Position numbers and translations under genes: made by a program. DNA of 64,000 nucleotides from Octopus sinensis (lineage: Eukaryota), in assembly GCF_006345805.1 (NCBI RefSeq), contig NC_043007.1:62496001-62560000 (forward strand), in the 5' to 3' direction. Shown one piece after another: positions 1-12,639 of the stretch. Position 1 is the first letter of the stretch, and every line of letters begins with the position of its first letter. The notes beneath the pieces were generated by a model that did not search any database, was not told the origin of the DNA, and saw only the letters and a program-made list of their open reading frames with translations.

Positions 1-250
1 AAAGTGGTTGATGTTTTGGAGGACATCCAGCTGTAAAAACCATTCCAAAACATACGTCGCCAGTGCTGGTACCACAAAGAAAGCACTCAGTCTACTTTGC
101 AAGGTGATTGGTGTTAGAAAGGGCATCTGGCCAAAAAAACTCTGCCAAAACAGACACTGGAGCGTGGTGCAGTCTTCTGGCTAGCCATTTCCTGTCAAAC
201 CATCCAACCCATGCAACATGGAAAGCAGATGTTGAATGATGATGATGATA
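1..250 (+). mobile_element. RTE-tail retroposon (SINE-like / RTE 3' UTR) copy, left-truncated by window edge
   Basis: Family motifs 'ggtgttagaaagggcatc' and 'catccaacccatgcaacatggaaagcagatgttgaatgatgatgat' with a (GAT)n tail, as at 26400-26562. Confidence 0.7.
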
Positions 251-1175
251 TGGCCAAATAAGCCATCTGATGATGATGGCTTAGCTGGCCAAAACTTCAA
301 AGTCACTGTCAACAACATATATAATTAAGATTCCTTTGAATTAGGTACTTAAATTGAGGCACCAAGCCAGTGATTGTGAAAGGTGTGTAGTAAATGGAGG
401 AGGGGACATCTGTTTATACTTAGATTAGTTGGGTGATTTAGCTGATAAAGATATTTTAAACAATCATTTTAAAAAATTTAGTGGAACATTTTTAAGCCTT
501 AGGAAATTATAAGGCCAATCTATAAAGCTGAAAAGTCATATTACGAAGAATCCTGTATTAATTCAGTCAATTCCCAACAAGAATATATACAGTTTTACAT
601 AATGTAAAGTAATTACTTTATTTTTTATAATATCTTTTCAAAAATAAGTGCATGCCCTCTGTAGGGCTTGTGAAAAGGGCTCTGTCTTCTTGAGACTGAA
701 ACTCCAAATGAGGCTCAGTCTCCAAAGAGTTAAAGGTTCAGTCAATTTGCTTTTAAGAATCTGCTTACTTTCCATTTGTTATCTTGTAAAACATGGAGAC
801 AAACACATGAGTATTATGTGATACTTCTTCTGGAGAACAGGTTAAATGCTTTACTGGTAAATGTTATTTTGACTCAATTAGGCAAATAGATAATATTGGT
901 TATGCTAACTGTAAATCAAGCAACCGGTAAGAGATAGAGTAAATCAAATTAAAAGAGATGATTTATATGAAACAAATTATACTGACTATTTTATCAGATA
1001 CACAAATCTATTTGGATGAATGTTCTACGAGATAAGGCAAGCAAATGGTTGGATACACTCATCAAGTGAAATCCGGTTGTCTCAACACAATAGTGAGTCA
1101 GATCTAATTGGATCATTTCTCTCAGGTGACAACAACTTGTAGGATACCAATACTATGATACAGTTATTACACCAG

Positions 1176-1206
<31 letters not shown>

Positions 1207-1908
1207 CACGCACACACATGTGTGTAATACTATGATGTGGTTACTATACTAGATGTCTGTGCATATGTATATATGTGTGTGTGTTTTCTGTCTATCTCCC
1301 TCCCTCTCTTCTTCTTCCTTTCTGTTTTTCTCTCCTACCCTTTCCCTATTCTTCTCCTCTCCCCTTCACCGTTCCCTCTTCCTCTCCCTCTCTTCCTCCT
1401 TGACTCTCTCATTGATCACACGTGATTAACGGCCATTCTCTCTTTCTTCCACTTCCTTCCTAAAGACAAGACATGCTTTTATCTGTCTCTTCTCAAAGCT
1501 CGTTTTTCCAGCAGTCAGCACTTCACATCGTCTTGGCTAACAGCCCTCACCATTTGTTTTTACTGTTTTGTTTTCACTGTCCTGTCTTTGGTACCACTTT
1601 CACTCTCCACAAAAAATCCCAAACTTTATTTAATTTGCTTTGTGGGAAGGACTATTTTAATGAAGTTGCATCTCGTCCTTACCTTCGAAACACGGAGTAG
1701 ATAAAACAGGGGACAACTGATGAAGGGAATGTTCTTTTTGTTGCATGTCACATCTCTCTGTTTGTTTGTTTTTCTGTTGTTCAAAAATAGTTTGTTTTCT
1801 ATGTTTTTGTTTTTTATGTTCTCATTTCTCATTCTGTCCACGTTTTTTTGATATCCTGTACCCATATATGCATGTGTATATACATGTATATGTAGGTATG
1901 TACATATA

Positions 1909-1943
<35 letters not shown>

Positions 1944-1975
1944 ATTATCTGCAATGAATATATGCCATATGTATG

Positions 1976-2114
<139 letters not shown>

Positions 2115-2946
2115 AATATTCTTATTTTTAAATCTCTCTAAAGGAGACTATGGCAGCGGTACTGGATATTAATAGTTATCACCATGCTAATATGGCAGTC
2201 CAGAAATATAGGACGAATGGTGCCGTAGATTAGCTCCAAGAGCTATATACATATACGAATGCTGCCGTGATTAGGTCCAAGAGCATATACATATATATAT
2301 TCATATAAGTATATGCTTATACATATGTAATGAATTCTTAATGCTTATCTACATACACAAATTATTCATAAGCATGCATGAACATGTATTTATTCATACA
2401 CATGCTCTGCATGCATGCACACACATACACACATACACAATCACACATGCACAATCACACAAGTACATAAAAGTCATAATAAATACTTCAAAGAATCAAA
2501 CAATTTTGCTAATCCACCATTCTGTACTGGCACTTTATTTATTAACCTCAAAAAGAGGAAAGGTAATGTTAACCTTAGCAGGATTTGAACCCAGAGAACC
2601 AAAATCAAATATCATAGAGTATCTAATTTAATGCTCTAACAACTTTGCCAATTTACACCACCGTCATCATTATCAATATCGCTTTAATGTCCACTCTTCC
2701 TTCCTTGCATTGGTCAAACAGAATTCAACTACCAATGCCCTTCGTGCTGCTAAATCTCACCTGTTTCCAAGTAAGGTGATATATTCTCATGGTTTGGACA
2801 TGCACGCATTTACAACTATTGTGCAATGTCAAGATACGGAGACAAACACACACACACACATACGCACACACACATATACATAGATCAAAGTAAAAAAGGA
2901 GTTGAAAAAACATTTAATTTAGATTGAGAATTATAATCATGTTGTC

Positions 2947-3036
2947 TCAACAACAGCTGTTTCTAGAGTTGCCAAGCATGTGAATCATGATATTGAGAAA
3001 GAATTCCATAAGCTGAGTATTCCATCATCAGAGAAG
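2947..3036 (-). ncRNA. Degenerate type-I hammerhead motif, sibling of the 5203-5292 hammerhead
   Basis: Minus strand reads cttct-CTGATGA-tggaatactcagcttatggaat...-GAAACAGCTGTT. Core intact, stem I 3' strand decayed. Confidence 0.5.
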
Positions 3037-3550
3037 GAAGAGTGAAAATGAAGAAATATCCCCAGTTGAGGATATCAGTATATTCCAATTTGTCAAAACT
3101 GGGGGTAGATCAGAGTAAAATAATAATGTGTAACACTGTTTCCTAATCAAACAAATAATACAAACTGAGCACTCATAGTACATACCTATTACATTAAATC
3201 AGTTGACAAAATTCATTGTTTATTCTGCATACACCCCCTCACACACACACACACATACATACACACATACACACACATATCTCATCATCCTCATCATCAT
3301 CATGATTTATTGACCACTTTTCCATGCTTGCATGTGTTGGATGGAATTTAATGAGGTAGATCTCTCTATAGATGGACGCCCTCCCTGTCACCTGTCCTTA
3401 TATGTTTCCAAGCAATGTAATATATTTTCCAAAACCAGACAGGCTTTCTTAGAAAAATTTGAAATGAAGGAACCACTTTCACGATAGTAACATTCCTTTA
3501 CAATTACCACATGAAATTGGGTAAGGGGACAGTACCCCCCTACCCACCTC

Positions 3551-3584
<34 letters not shown>

Positions 3585-3759
3585 AACATAGATAATATAC
3601 GATTGGATTCTTTTAATTTCCATCAACCAAATGGTACACTTACTAGTAATTGGTTAGCTGAATACTAGTTAGTATTCGGGCTAAAGCAGAAGACAACACC
3701 TGCCTAAGGTGCCACACAGCAGGACTAAACCCAAGACGTATATTCAACAGGCTTACGGG

Positions 3760-3940
3760 AAGCATTTGTTGATTACATTGAACTCAATACTCAACTAGTA
3801 ATTTATTTTATTGTCCTCTTCTGAGCAATAAAAAGCAAAGATGACCCTGGCTAGATTTGAATTTTCAATACAAAAAGTTGGAAAAAATACACCAAGGCAT
3901 CTTTTCCATTTCTCTAACAATTCTACCAGCCTGCTACCAT
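3760..3940 (-). mobile_element. Degraded SINE family 2 copy
   Basis: Matches the family-2 pattern ('gattacattga...tttattttatt...aaagcaaagatgacc...gatttgaa...ctaacaattctaccagc') seen at 62068-62282. Confidence 0.55.
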
Positions 3941-4497
3941 CATAATGACAAAGTCAGATAATCTACTTAATCCCTTAAAATTTTTGAATGCTTTCTAATA
4001 TTAATTGAAATTCATAGGCAGTGTATTATATCCCAAATATAGATAGGAAAGGACCAAAAGTAAATAAATAAATAAATAACATCATTGCTACCTTTCTCTG
4101 AATACCAATATCTATTCTCTAAAACATATTATTTACCTCAGGTTGTAAGCTTAAGAAAATTAAGACCATCAACAAAGAAAAAAATTTAGCACAAAAGGTC
4201 AATCTTGTTCTTGCTCCTCAAATGTCCTAGTTTACTAAAGGAAAAAGAAGGAAAAGATTAATAATGGGAAAATATTGAAGAAAAAACAATAAATAAACAA
4301 AATACTAGTGATCTGACAGTCAATGCTGATATATTTCTCAGGTATAATCTGGCTTTTGGGGATCTTGTATGTATGTATGTATGTATGTATGTATGTATGT
4401 ATGTATGCATGCATGTATGTATGTATGTATGTATGCATGCATGCATGCATGTATGTATGTGTGCATGTGTTTATATATATATATATATATAAATATG

Positions 4498-4614
4498 TTT
4501 ATTTTATAGAAGGAGCTTCTACAGGACTAGAACTGTTTCATTCAAAAGAAATCATCAGGAATTTTTTTGAATGAAACAGTTCTAGTCCTGTAGAAGCTCC
4601 TTCTATAAAATAAA
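4498..4614. repeat. Perfect 50-bp inverted repeat (fold-back) with a hammerhead motif on the minus strand
   Basis: 4498-4547 is the exact reverse complement of 4565-4614 (17-nt loop). Minus strand: ttc-CTGATGA-tttcttttgaat-GAAA-cag ttctagtc ctg-TA-gaa. Confidence 0.9.
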
Positions 4615-5079
4615 TTAATTTACTCTGCTATGTATTGAGTACCTTATTTACTGTGGTTAACCCCGACTCAACCCGGGACCTACATATATATAAATATGTA
4701 TATATGGATGTGGGGGTGCTAAAATGTTCCTGGCTTTTAAGGCTGTCATATATATATGTATGTTTGTATGTATGCATACATACATACATACATACATACA
4801 GATGGACAACTAACTAGATAGACAGATACATAGATAGATACATATATATATATATATATATTTTATGTGTGCAAAAGATATATGTAGTTTTCCTTGGGGT
4901 GACTCGAAGTAATAGGTATGTGGTCTGAGTGTTCAAGCTGGTATGCCACAGTTTGAATTGCAGTTGAACATGTGATTTTGTGACTGCCTCTCTAAAGTAG
5001 CTAGAAGTAGCTTCCTCTTGAGCCAGTACGTACAGGTTTAAACAGAAATGTAAAGGCAAATTGTTCGGCAATATTTGAT

Positions 5080-5333
5080 AAGGGCATTAATTTAGCTTTA
5101 TAATAAATAGGCTTACATAGTCACTAACAACTGTTTCAAGAATGCCCCAGCAATTAGGACATTGTGTCAAGTAAGGCTTCCTTAGGCTGAGTATTCCACC
5201 TTTCTCTTTGATGACAAAGTACTCAGCCTATGGAATCCTTGCTTGACACAATATTCCAATAGCTGGGATATTTTAGAAATAGCTGTTAGAGACTATGTAA
5301 ACCCTTCTATTATATAGCCAAATTAATGCCCTT
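5080..5333. repeat. Imperfect fold-back (114-bp arms) containing a type-I hammerhead at 5203-5292 (+)
   Basis: Arms 5080-5193 / 5220-5333, roughly 80% identical by eye. tctct-TTGATGA-long stem II-GAAA-tagct-GTT-agaga. Confidence 0.8.
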
Positions 5334-5393
5334 GCCAAGTCTCGCCAAACCATTTGCCTTTTCATTTCTGCTTTAATCTATATTTATGTATAT

Positions 5394-5436
<43 letters not shown>

Positions 5437-6277
5437 TACATACATACATACATACATACGTACATACATACATATAAAAGCTGACAAATTGCAGTCAACT
5501 TTATTTAGCCGACATTAATTTATTTACAGCTTAAGTGTACACACACACACACACACACACAAACACAAACACACACACCACACGCATAAACACACATTCA
5601 CAAACACACACATATACACACACGCATAAACACACACATATACACACACGCATAAACACAAACACACACTCATGCGCACACACATGCACACACACACACA
5701 CACACACACACAACACACGCACACACCATTTTTTCTATTCTCTTTCCTTATGCTCTTTCATTCTCATACTTTCCCTTTTTGCATCCTCTGCTCTTAGCAT
5801 TGATTGACATATGCAGTGTCTTTTTTTTTTCATTTTTAATATCATTTAAATCACTTTCCTACTTGGGTTGAAGTCATGCTTTTAACAAGCTTCATAAAAG
5901 CAATGGGAATAATTTTGTGTGCTGTTGTATGTGTGTGTATTTTTATATGTGTTCAAACATTTATTTCTCTGTGTGTGCATGCATGTGTTTGTGTACATGC
6001 ATGTGAATATGTCCATGTTCATGCCTTTTATGAATATATCTATGTATGTACAGGATATGAGGAATTAGTTATGTATGAACTTGTATGCATGTGAATATAT
6101 ATATATATATCTGATTGTCAATATGTATATGTTTATATTTATATGTATGTATGTGAGTTTATATATATATTTGTGTAGAGATATATACATGCATATATAT
6201 ATGTACACACACAAACATATATATCATTTTTATACAGTATATAAAATTTAAACATATAATATATATAAATGTATATA

Positions 6278-7545
6278 CAGGGGTTGGACAAAATAATAGC
6301 AACACCTAGCATCACATCATAATTTTGAAATATCAATAAAACTGTCAAAAGCTTGTTCATTTTTATGTTTTTTGTTTTAATATTAATGTTGCCTAATTGG
6401 TTTTGCTAAAATTGCTGTTTCTTTTCAGATATCATCAGGAAAAGGTAATTAGAATTCATTAAAATGACAGACCTATTGGACTTTCAAAGAGGTCAAATTG
6501 TTGGTACTCGTATGGCAGGTGCTAGCATAATGAAAACAGCTGAAATGTTTGGTGTACCAAGAAGTACTGTCTCAAAAGTAATGACAGCCCTTGGGAAAGA
6601 GGGAAAAACCTCCCCATCAAAACAAAACTCTGGAAGAAAACCAAAACTTTCAGATAGGGACTGTCGGACTCTTACGCGAATTGTTAGAAAGGATCACAAA
6701 AGTACAGCTCCCAAAATTACTGCAGAGTTTAATATCCACCTTGAAAACCTAGTTTCCACAAAAACTGTTCGCTGGGAGCTGCACAAAGCTGGATTTTATG
6801 AGAGGGCTGCAATGAGAAAACCGCTACTTTCAAAAACAAGTGTTGCAAAGCATTTAGAGTGGAGTAAAAACCTACAGAATTGGTCCCTAGAGCAGTGGAA
6901 GAATGTTACTTTCTTGGACGAGTCATCCTTTACCTTATTTCCGACCACTGGCCGAGTATACGTGTGGAGACAGTCAAAGGAAGCATTTGACCCAGACTAC
7001 CTTCTTCCAACTGCTAAACATGGAGGAGTATCTGTGATGATCTGGAGGGCTATATCTTGGAAATCTGCTGGCCCAATGGTTTCCCTTCATGGCAGAATTA
7101 ATAGTCAAGACTATTTAAGCATTTTATCTGATCAAATTCATCCTATTGTTGCAGAACTGTTTCAGGAGAGAAATGCAATCTTTCAGGATGATAATGCACC
7201 AATTCACACAACTAAAGTTGTTACTGAATGGCACAAAGAACATTCTAGTAAAGTTGAACATCTTATCTGGCCACCACAAACCCAGATCTCAATATTATTG
7301 AACATTAATGGTACATTTTAGAAAAACAAGTAAGGAGTCGATATCCTCCACCATCATCACTACAAGAACTGGAGACTGTTTTAGCAGAAGTATGGACAAA
7401 AATTCCTTTGGAAACAATTCAAAGTTTGTACAAACCATACCTCATACAATTCAAGCTGTAATTAATGCCAAAGGTGATCCTTCCCCATATTAAAATAAAT
7501 TTGTTTGAAATTTTAAGGTGTTTCTATTATTTTCTCCAACCCCTG
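6278..7545 (+). mobile_element. Tc1-like DNA transposon with DD36E spacing, full length
   Basis: 29-bp TIRs (caggggttggacaaaataatagcaacacc / ggtgtttctattattttctccaacccctg, 2 mismatches), TA on both sides, transposase ORF inside. Confidence 0.95.
6464..7490 (+). pseudogene. Tc1-family transposase with a 1-bp deletion near 7280
   Basis: ORF 6464-7321 has an N-terminal HTH and FLDESSF, FQDDNAPIH and WPPQ motifs. Adding one C restores PDLNIIE, and the C-terminus continues in the shifted frame (...AVINAKGDPSPY). Confidence 0.9.
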
Positions 7546-7587
<42 letters not shown>

Positions 7588-7654
7588 GCACACACGCACA
7601 CACACACACACACACACACATACGCACATGCGCGAGCGCGCACACACACACACA

Positions 7655-7873
7655 CAGAAGGAGGTTCTGAAAAGTTGCTGGCTCTAAGGATGTCATGTAA
7701 GGCTTGCTTGGAGGCCCAACCTTCCAAGTTCTTCTGCAGGGCTTAGAAAAACTGAAGTACCACTGCAATAAGTATGTGAATCTGAGAGGGGAAGATGTAG
7801 ATCAAAACCACAATTAACTGATCCTCTTGTATTTTCTTTTACCCAAAGCCAGGAATTTTCAGCAACCCCTCAT
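7655..7873 (+). mobile_element. Internally deleted mariner (MITE-like)
   Basis: Imperfect TIRs 'gaaggaggttctgaaaagttgctggct' / 'aaagccaggaattttcagcaacccctcata'. Interior encodes the mariner C-terminus 'GLEKLKYHCNKYVNLRGEDV'. Confidence 0.7.
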
Positions 7874-8384
7874 ACACACACACAGACATGTGTGTGTATG
7901 TGTGTTTATACACATACAAATGTATGTATATATGATACCAGTTTCTTCATGACTGAAGATCGTGAGGAAGAAATGCACACCCTTAATTGATTATGTAAAC
8001 CAATCCTTGATGCTGCAAGACTTTTTCTTCTTGCCTGCACTTGGTAGTTTTAAAGTGAGAGCCAGCCTGTGTAATCAAGGGCCCAGAAACAGGGGTTGCA
8101 TTTGCCCCTCCTCCACCTCCTAATTTTGTGGTGGTGCAAAATTCAGTATTGCACTTCCTAGGCTTAGAAAATAGTGTTTAAAAACTGATCTGTAAAAAGT
8201 TGTTTGAAGTTAGGTTTCTTCATAAAATAAGAACGAAGAACAAAACTAAATAAAAAGAAAACACCCCAAAATTCCAAGAAAGATATATTACTAAACTAAA
8301 GCTTCCTCAAAATTAAAATTATACATATAATATACATATATATATTTATAAAAAAAATTTGTATGTGTGTGTGTGTGTGTGTGT

Positions 8385-10410
8385 GAAACAACAACCACAG
8401 CCACTCCTCACTACTAGCACAATTGAGGAACCATTAAACAACACAGGCCACTTGAATTCTTCTCAGAGTGACACAAGAGATCCATCCTCACTATTGTTAT
8501 CCTATTCTACTGCTATTACCACCACCACTACTACTATTCCAATTAGTGAAGAATCACGCTATCCCCCACCACTGTCCACCTCAATCTGAATGTATACCTG
8601 GCAACTCCATGATAAATCTGTCAACTGTAAATAAAATAATGAACACATGAAACCCCACAATATGCTGCTATTCTCAACACGGGAGACTATGCATATGCAG
8701 TGACTGTAACTTCGTCCATTTACCTAGGACAAGATGCACAATTTGTACAAGCAATACCAGCCAACGTCAAACCACACATCTTGCAACACCACCACCACCA
8801 CCACTAAACACTAAATCACACTTAATAACTTATATACATGTAACCTGAAATCCAGAAATCTGTTGCTATTCCCAGTACAAAAGATTATTTCTAATATGTG
8901 ACTGTACCTTCACTCATCTTCCAGGGATTCAATGCACTAGTAAAAAAGCATGACACCAAACCACACCAAATCAACAGTAGAAAGATCCTTTACTGTGGCA
9001 GTGTTGGTCCAGACTTTCATTGAAACCCAGAAATCACCTAGATATCTACTGGGTATAATAGTAAAATCAACAGTTGCAAACTATATAATTATAATCATAT
9101 TCAAATGTGCAATTATACCAACTCTGGACAACAACACCTCCCAAAGCAAGAAAATTTTTTTCTTTAGTGATGATGAATCTGGCAAAAGAAATAAAAAAGA
9201 AAAGCTTTCTAGCTCTCACACAGCACCAACCACTGCTATTACCCCAGTGCACAACCATTAACCAACAAACTCAACTCAGTAATAATGCTGAATGTAGGAG
9301 GTCTTTCACACTTCACAAATAAAACAAAAGTATGATATCTTAGAGACCTTGCAGTGAGAGATCTTGTACAGTGAAAAAGGGCAATATGTGTAGCACTAAG
9401 TGTAACGTACCTGACCCCAGACATATTGGATGTGGAAGTACATATGTGTGGTTATATACTATAATAATAATGAAATTACTGTATGCAGTGCTCAGGTGCA
9501 CCACAACTTGTCAAAAGTGTGTATAAAGCATATGCAGTAATGTACAAATTCCTGGAAAGTGAACAGTGTATAAGTCAGATACATGCTTGCGTGTGTATGG
9601 AAGGGAGAAAATCAGGTGTAGTGTTGGCAAATCTCAGGAAGCATGGAAATTTTGAAGGATGAAGTGCTCTGACAACTAACAACTGATGCCGGCAGTTTGT
9701 TCCATACTTCAGCAACTCTTAGTGTGAAAAAATGTTTCCGAAAGTCATGGGAGTTGTGCTGCTTTCTGACTTTGTAAACATGTCCATGGGTGTTAAACAG
9801 GTGGAGTTTGAAAAGGTGCTCAGAGTTATTGTTAGTAAGATGGTTAATAATTTTATGGGTGTCTGCCAAGTCAGCTGCCAGATGTTGGAGTTTCAATGTA
9901 TCCACTCAGAATGTACTACTCAGGACTGACTACAGAATACAGAAACAAGGAGAAATAGTGACCTTCATCCAAGAAGACCTGGCAGCAAATGTCCTCCTCT
10001 CTCACTCCAACACAGTGTGCAATACACTAATAATACATGTGATTAACCTCAATTTGATCATAGGTATTACCTACTGTCTTGCTGATGTAGCTAACTTCAA
10101 AGAAATCACTTCAAAGATGCTTTGTCACTAGTCAAGTCCCAAATGAACCCAGCCCACAGATCAATGTACTTTTAGCAGGGGACTTTAATTTTCCTAATCT
10201 CAGCTGCCCTGAGGGCTATATCCTACCAGAAATTAAACAACTGAACAGGGGAGATATGCATGCTCTTCTTAATGCCACTAAAGATTTCTTCATGCAACAA
10301 ATTATTACCTGTCCATCTAAGGGAAATAAAAGCTTGACCTAGTCTTTACCATCAATACAGACTTCATTCACAATGTTCAGGTCATTCCAACAACTATTTC
10401 CAGGCAACAC
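8385..10410 (+). mobile_element. Old LINE remnant (ORF1 with two CCCH-like fingers, ORF2 APE endonuclease), interrupted at 9462-9910
   Basis: APE motifs across the insertion: 'VIMLNVGGL', 'ICVALSVTYLTPDILDVEVHMCGY|LLRTD...KQG', 'LLAGDFNFP', 'MQQII...LDLVF'. Many stops and frameshifts. Confidence 0.75.
9462..9910 (-). mobile_element. 5'-truncated CR1/Jockey-group LINE 3' end, inserted antisense into the older LINE
   Basis: ORF 9612-9905 matches the C-terminus of 50872-51678. Shared 3' UTR and (ATT)n tail. Candidate TSD atatacta (9454-9461) / atgtacta (9911-9918). Confidence 0.9.
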
Positions 10411-10929
10411 TTATGGGATGACTTGATATATTAGAAAGAGAGATGAACAAATAAAACATGTAATTTATAGTTCAAACATAATTGCAGAGTAGTTATAGTA
10501 AATAAGGGGTTGATAAATAATACATAAAGTTTCTTACAGTTGTTTCTAGAATAGCTTTGAAGAGAAAGAATTAAGGAATATCTTTAATAAACAATATTAA
10601 TAGTTACTAGTTCATTGAATAATTAAAGAACTTAGTGAAAGATAATAGTGGTTAGCACTTTCATGATCAGAGAACTAAGGAAATCCTTAGTGAAAGATAA
10701 TAACAGTTTGCAGTTCCATTGTTGAAGGATCAAGGAATATCCTTAGTAAAAGATAAAAGAAGTTACTAGTTCCATCTTCAAAGAGAAAGTTAACATACAT
10801 CACAAGAAACTTTCAAAAAAGAACTTGCTGAATAATATGCTGCAGAAATAAGTCAGCAGCTTAAACGAGTTAATTTCCAATCTGATACCACACAAATGAA
10901 ATCCTATAGGCAAATGTTCATAACACCCA

Positions 10930-11420
10930 GCATGAGATCAGAAAATAGTAGAAGATTCCATGTTTATTGATGTTATATGTGATTGCTCTAGCATGGAACA
11001 AGAATAAGTTATTGTTGCTATGTTTCTGAAAACCAGGATGTCCACGAAGATTTTCTCAGCTTTTATAACCCTCCTGATTGCGTAGAGACAGTGACTAAAG
11101 TTATTCTGGATGTTTTTATTTCCTATGCATTTTTCTGAGCTCAAATTTATGCTGCTTTTGTCTTTGATGGTGGATGTACTATGACTAGAAACATTTCAGG
11201 TATACAAAAGTGATTAAAAAACATTTCCTGGTATGTTTTGTACACTGTAGAAACACGCTCTGGACTTTGTCCTCCAAGAAATTCGAAATATGGTTTCCAT
11301 GGTCACTGATGCATTGAATTTTGTTCATCAAATCACCATTCTTCTGAAAGCACTATGGACCAGCCTTTGTGATGAAAATGTTATCATGTTGCAAGCCTGT
11401 GTCTGTTGCATCGAGTAAGA
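10930..11420 (+). pseudogene. hAT (ZMYM1-like) transposase remnant
   Basis: Broken translation recalls 'YVSENQDVHEDFL', 'VTKVILDV', 'FDG...ISGIQK', 'VHC.N..LDFVLQE'. Recognised by eye. Confidence 0.55.
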
Positions 11421-12639
11421 GAATGTTCAGCACACTTCACTGTTTGAAGACCTAACTCCATATCACAATGATGTGACACCATCTGACTCACTGTGCCGTA
11501 ATGCATGTACATAAAAACTTGTGCAATGAAAATACTTTGGACCACCCCTTGGAAAATTTTATTACCAAAATGAACAAGTATAGAAAATTTTTTGGAATGA
11601 TTCTATGCATTATTTTTCCATATATATTAATTATTATTATTATTATCATACCTGTGTTTATTTTGATATTAAGATTGAAAAGAGTTAGCCTTGTTTGTAA
11701 AAAAATTGGACCTGAGTTTGCACCTGAAAAGCAAATTTTGTTCCCAGGCTACTGTGTGTAATCTGATCCCACTCTTTAGACTTGAAGATCTGACCACAGT
11801 GGCTCAGCCAGCTAAGATGTCTGCAATGACCAGAAAGCCATAAGTTTTACATTAAAGAAGCCTTCTCTCAGATGAATCATCTTGCAGGGCTGGAGAGCTC
11901 CACCAACCATACTATGCATACATACACACACGCACGCAGGCATGCGTGTGTGTGTGTGCATGTGCATGTGTGTGTGCATATGTAGATACATACACATATA
12001 TACAGATTCATGCACACACATACATATATATGCAGATTGGGCTGAAAGTAGGTATACACTTTACTTATTTATTACAATTACATTTATTGAACACAGTTTA
12101 ATTTCATAAATATTCTACTTCCTTTGTTCTTGACTCAAATTATTTGCCATTATTCACAGTACCTGTAAAAAAATGAATAAATTAAGTTAAAAACTGTATA
12201 TTTACTTTTGGCCCACCCAGTAGATATATATTCTGATCAAATCTTCCATGTACTAACATGTACCTCCTTGCAATAGTGTAAACTTTCATTTAATCAAGAT
12301 TTCCTTGGCCTGGCAAGTAGCCTGCAGTATACACCTTGCTTGGATATTTACCACTTCTGAGATTCCACTTGCTATGAAACATGTAGCCCAGATCTTATCT
12401 ACTCCATTCCTTAACTTTTGTATTCTTATTTGCATACTCAGCTACCCTGGTTGCCTACAGTGAAATATAAAAAGAATTTTTTTCAGCTTATCATACTTCA
12501 ATACGAAAAAATCCAAAACCTTTCACCTCAATAAACCACTATTGCTCCTGAAAGTCTTTTATATTTATTATGGATTGCTTGAAGTTAACTTTCTTCCTAC
12601 ACGTCGACCCTTGGATCTTATATCTTATATTAACACACA

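Noticed and set aside
1670-1735. Permuted (type-II-like) hammerhead: ccttc-GAAAC...CTGATGA-aggg
   Set aside because: Core words are present but stem I cannot form. It may be a decayed PLE-type repeat, but this is unsupported.
9906-10410. Twin-priming 5' inversion for the LINE copy at 9462-9910
   Set aside because: The + strand APE sequence continues on the other side of the insert (9260-9461) with a TSD, so it is an older host LINE.
12260-12450. DIRS/tyrosine-recombinase-like fragment on the minus strand
   Set aside because: The resemblance is too weak to support by eye.
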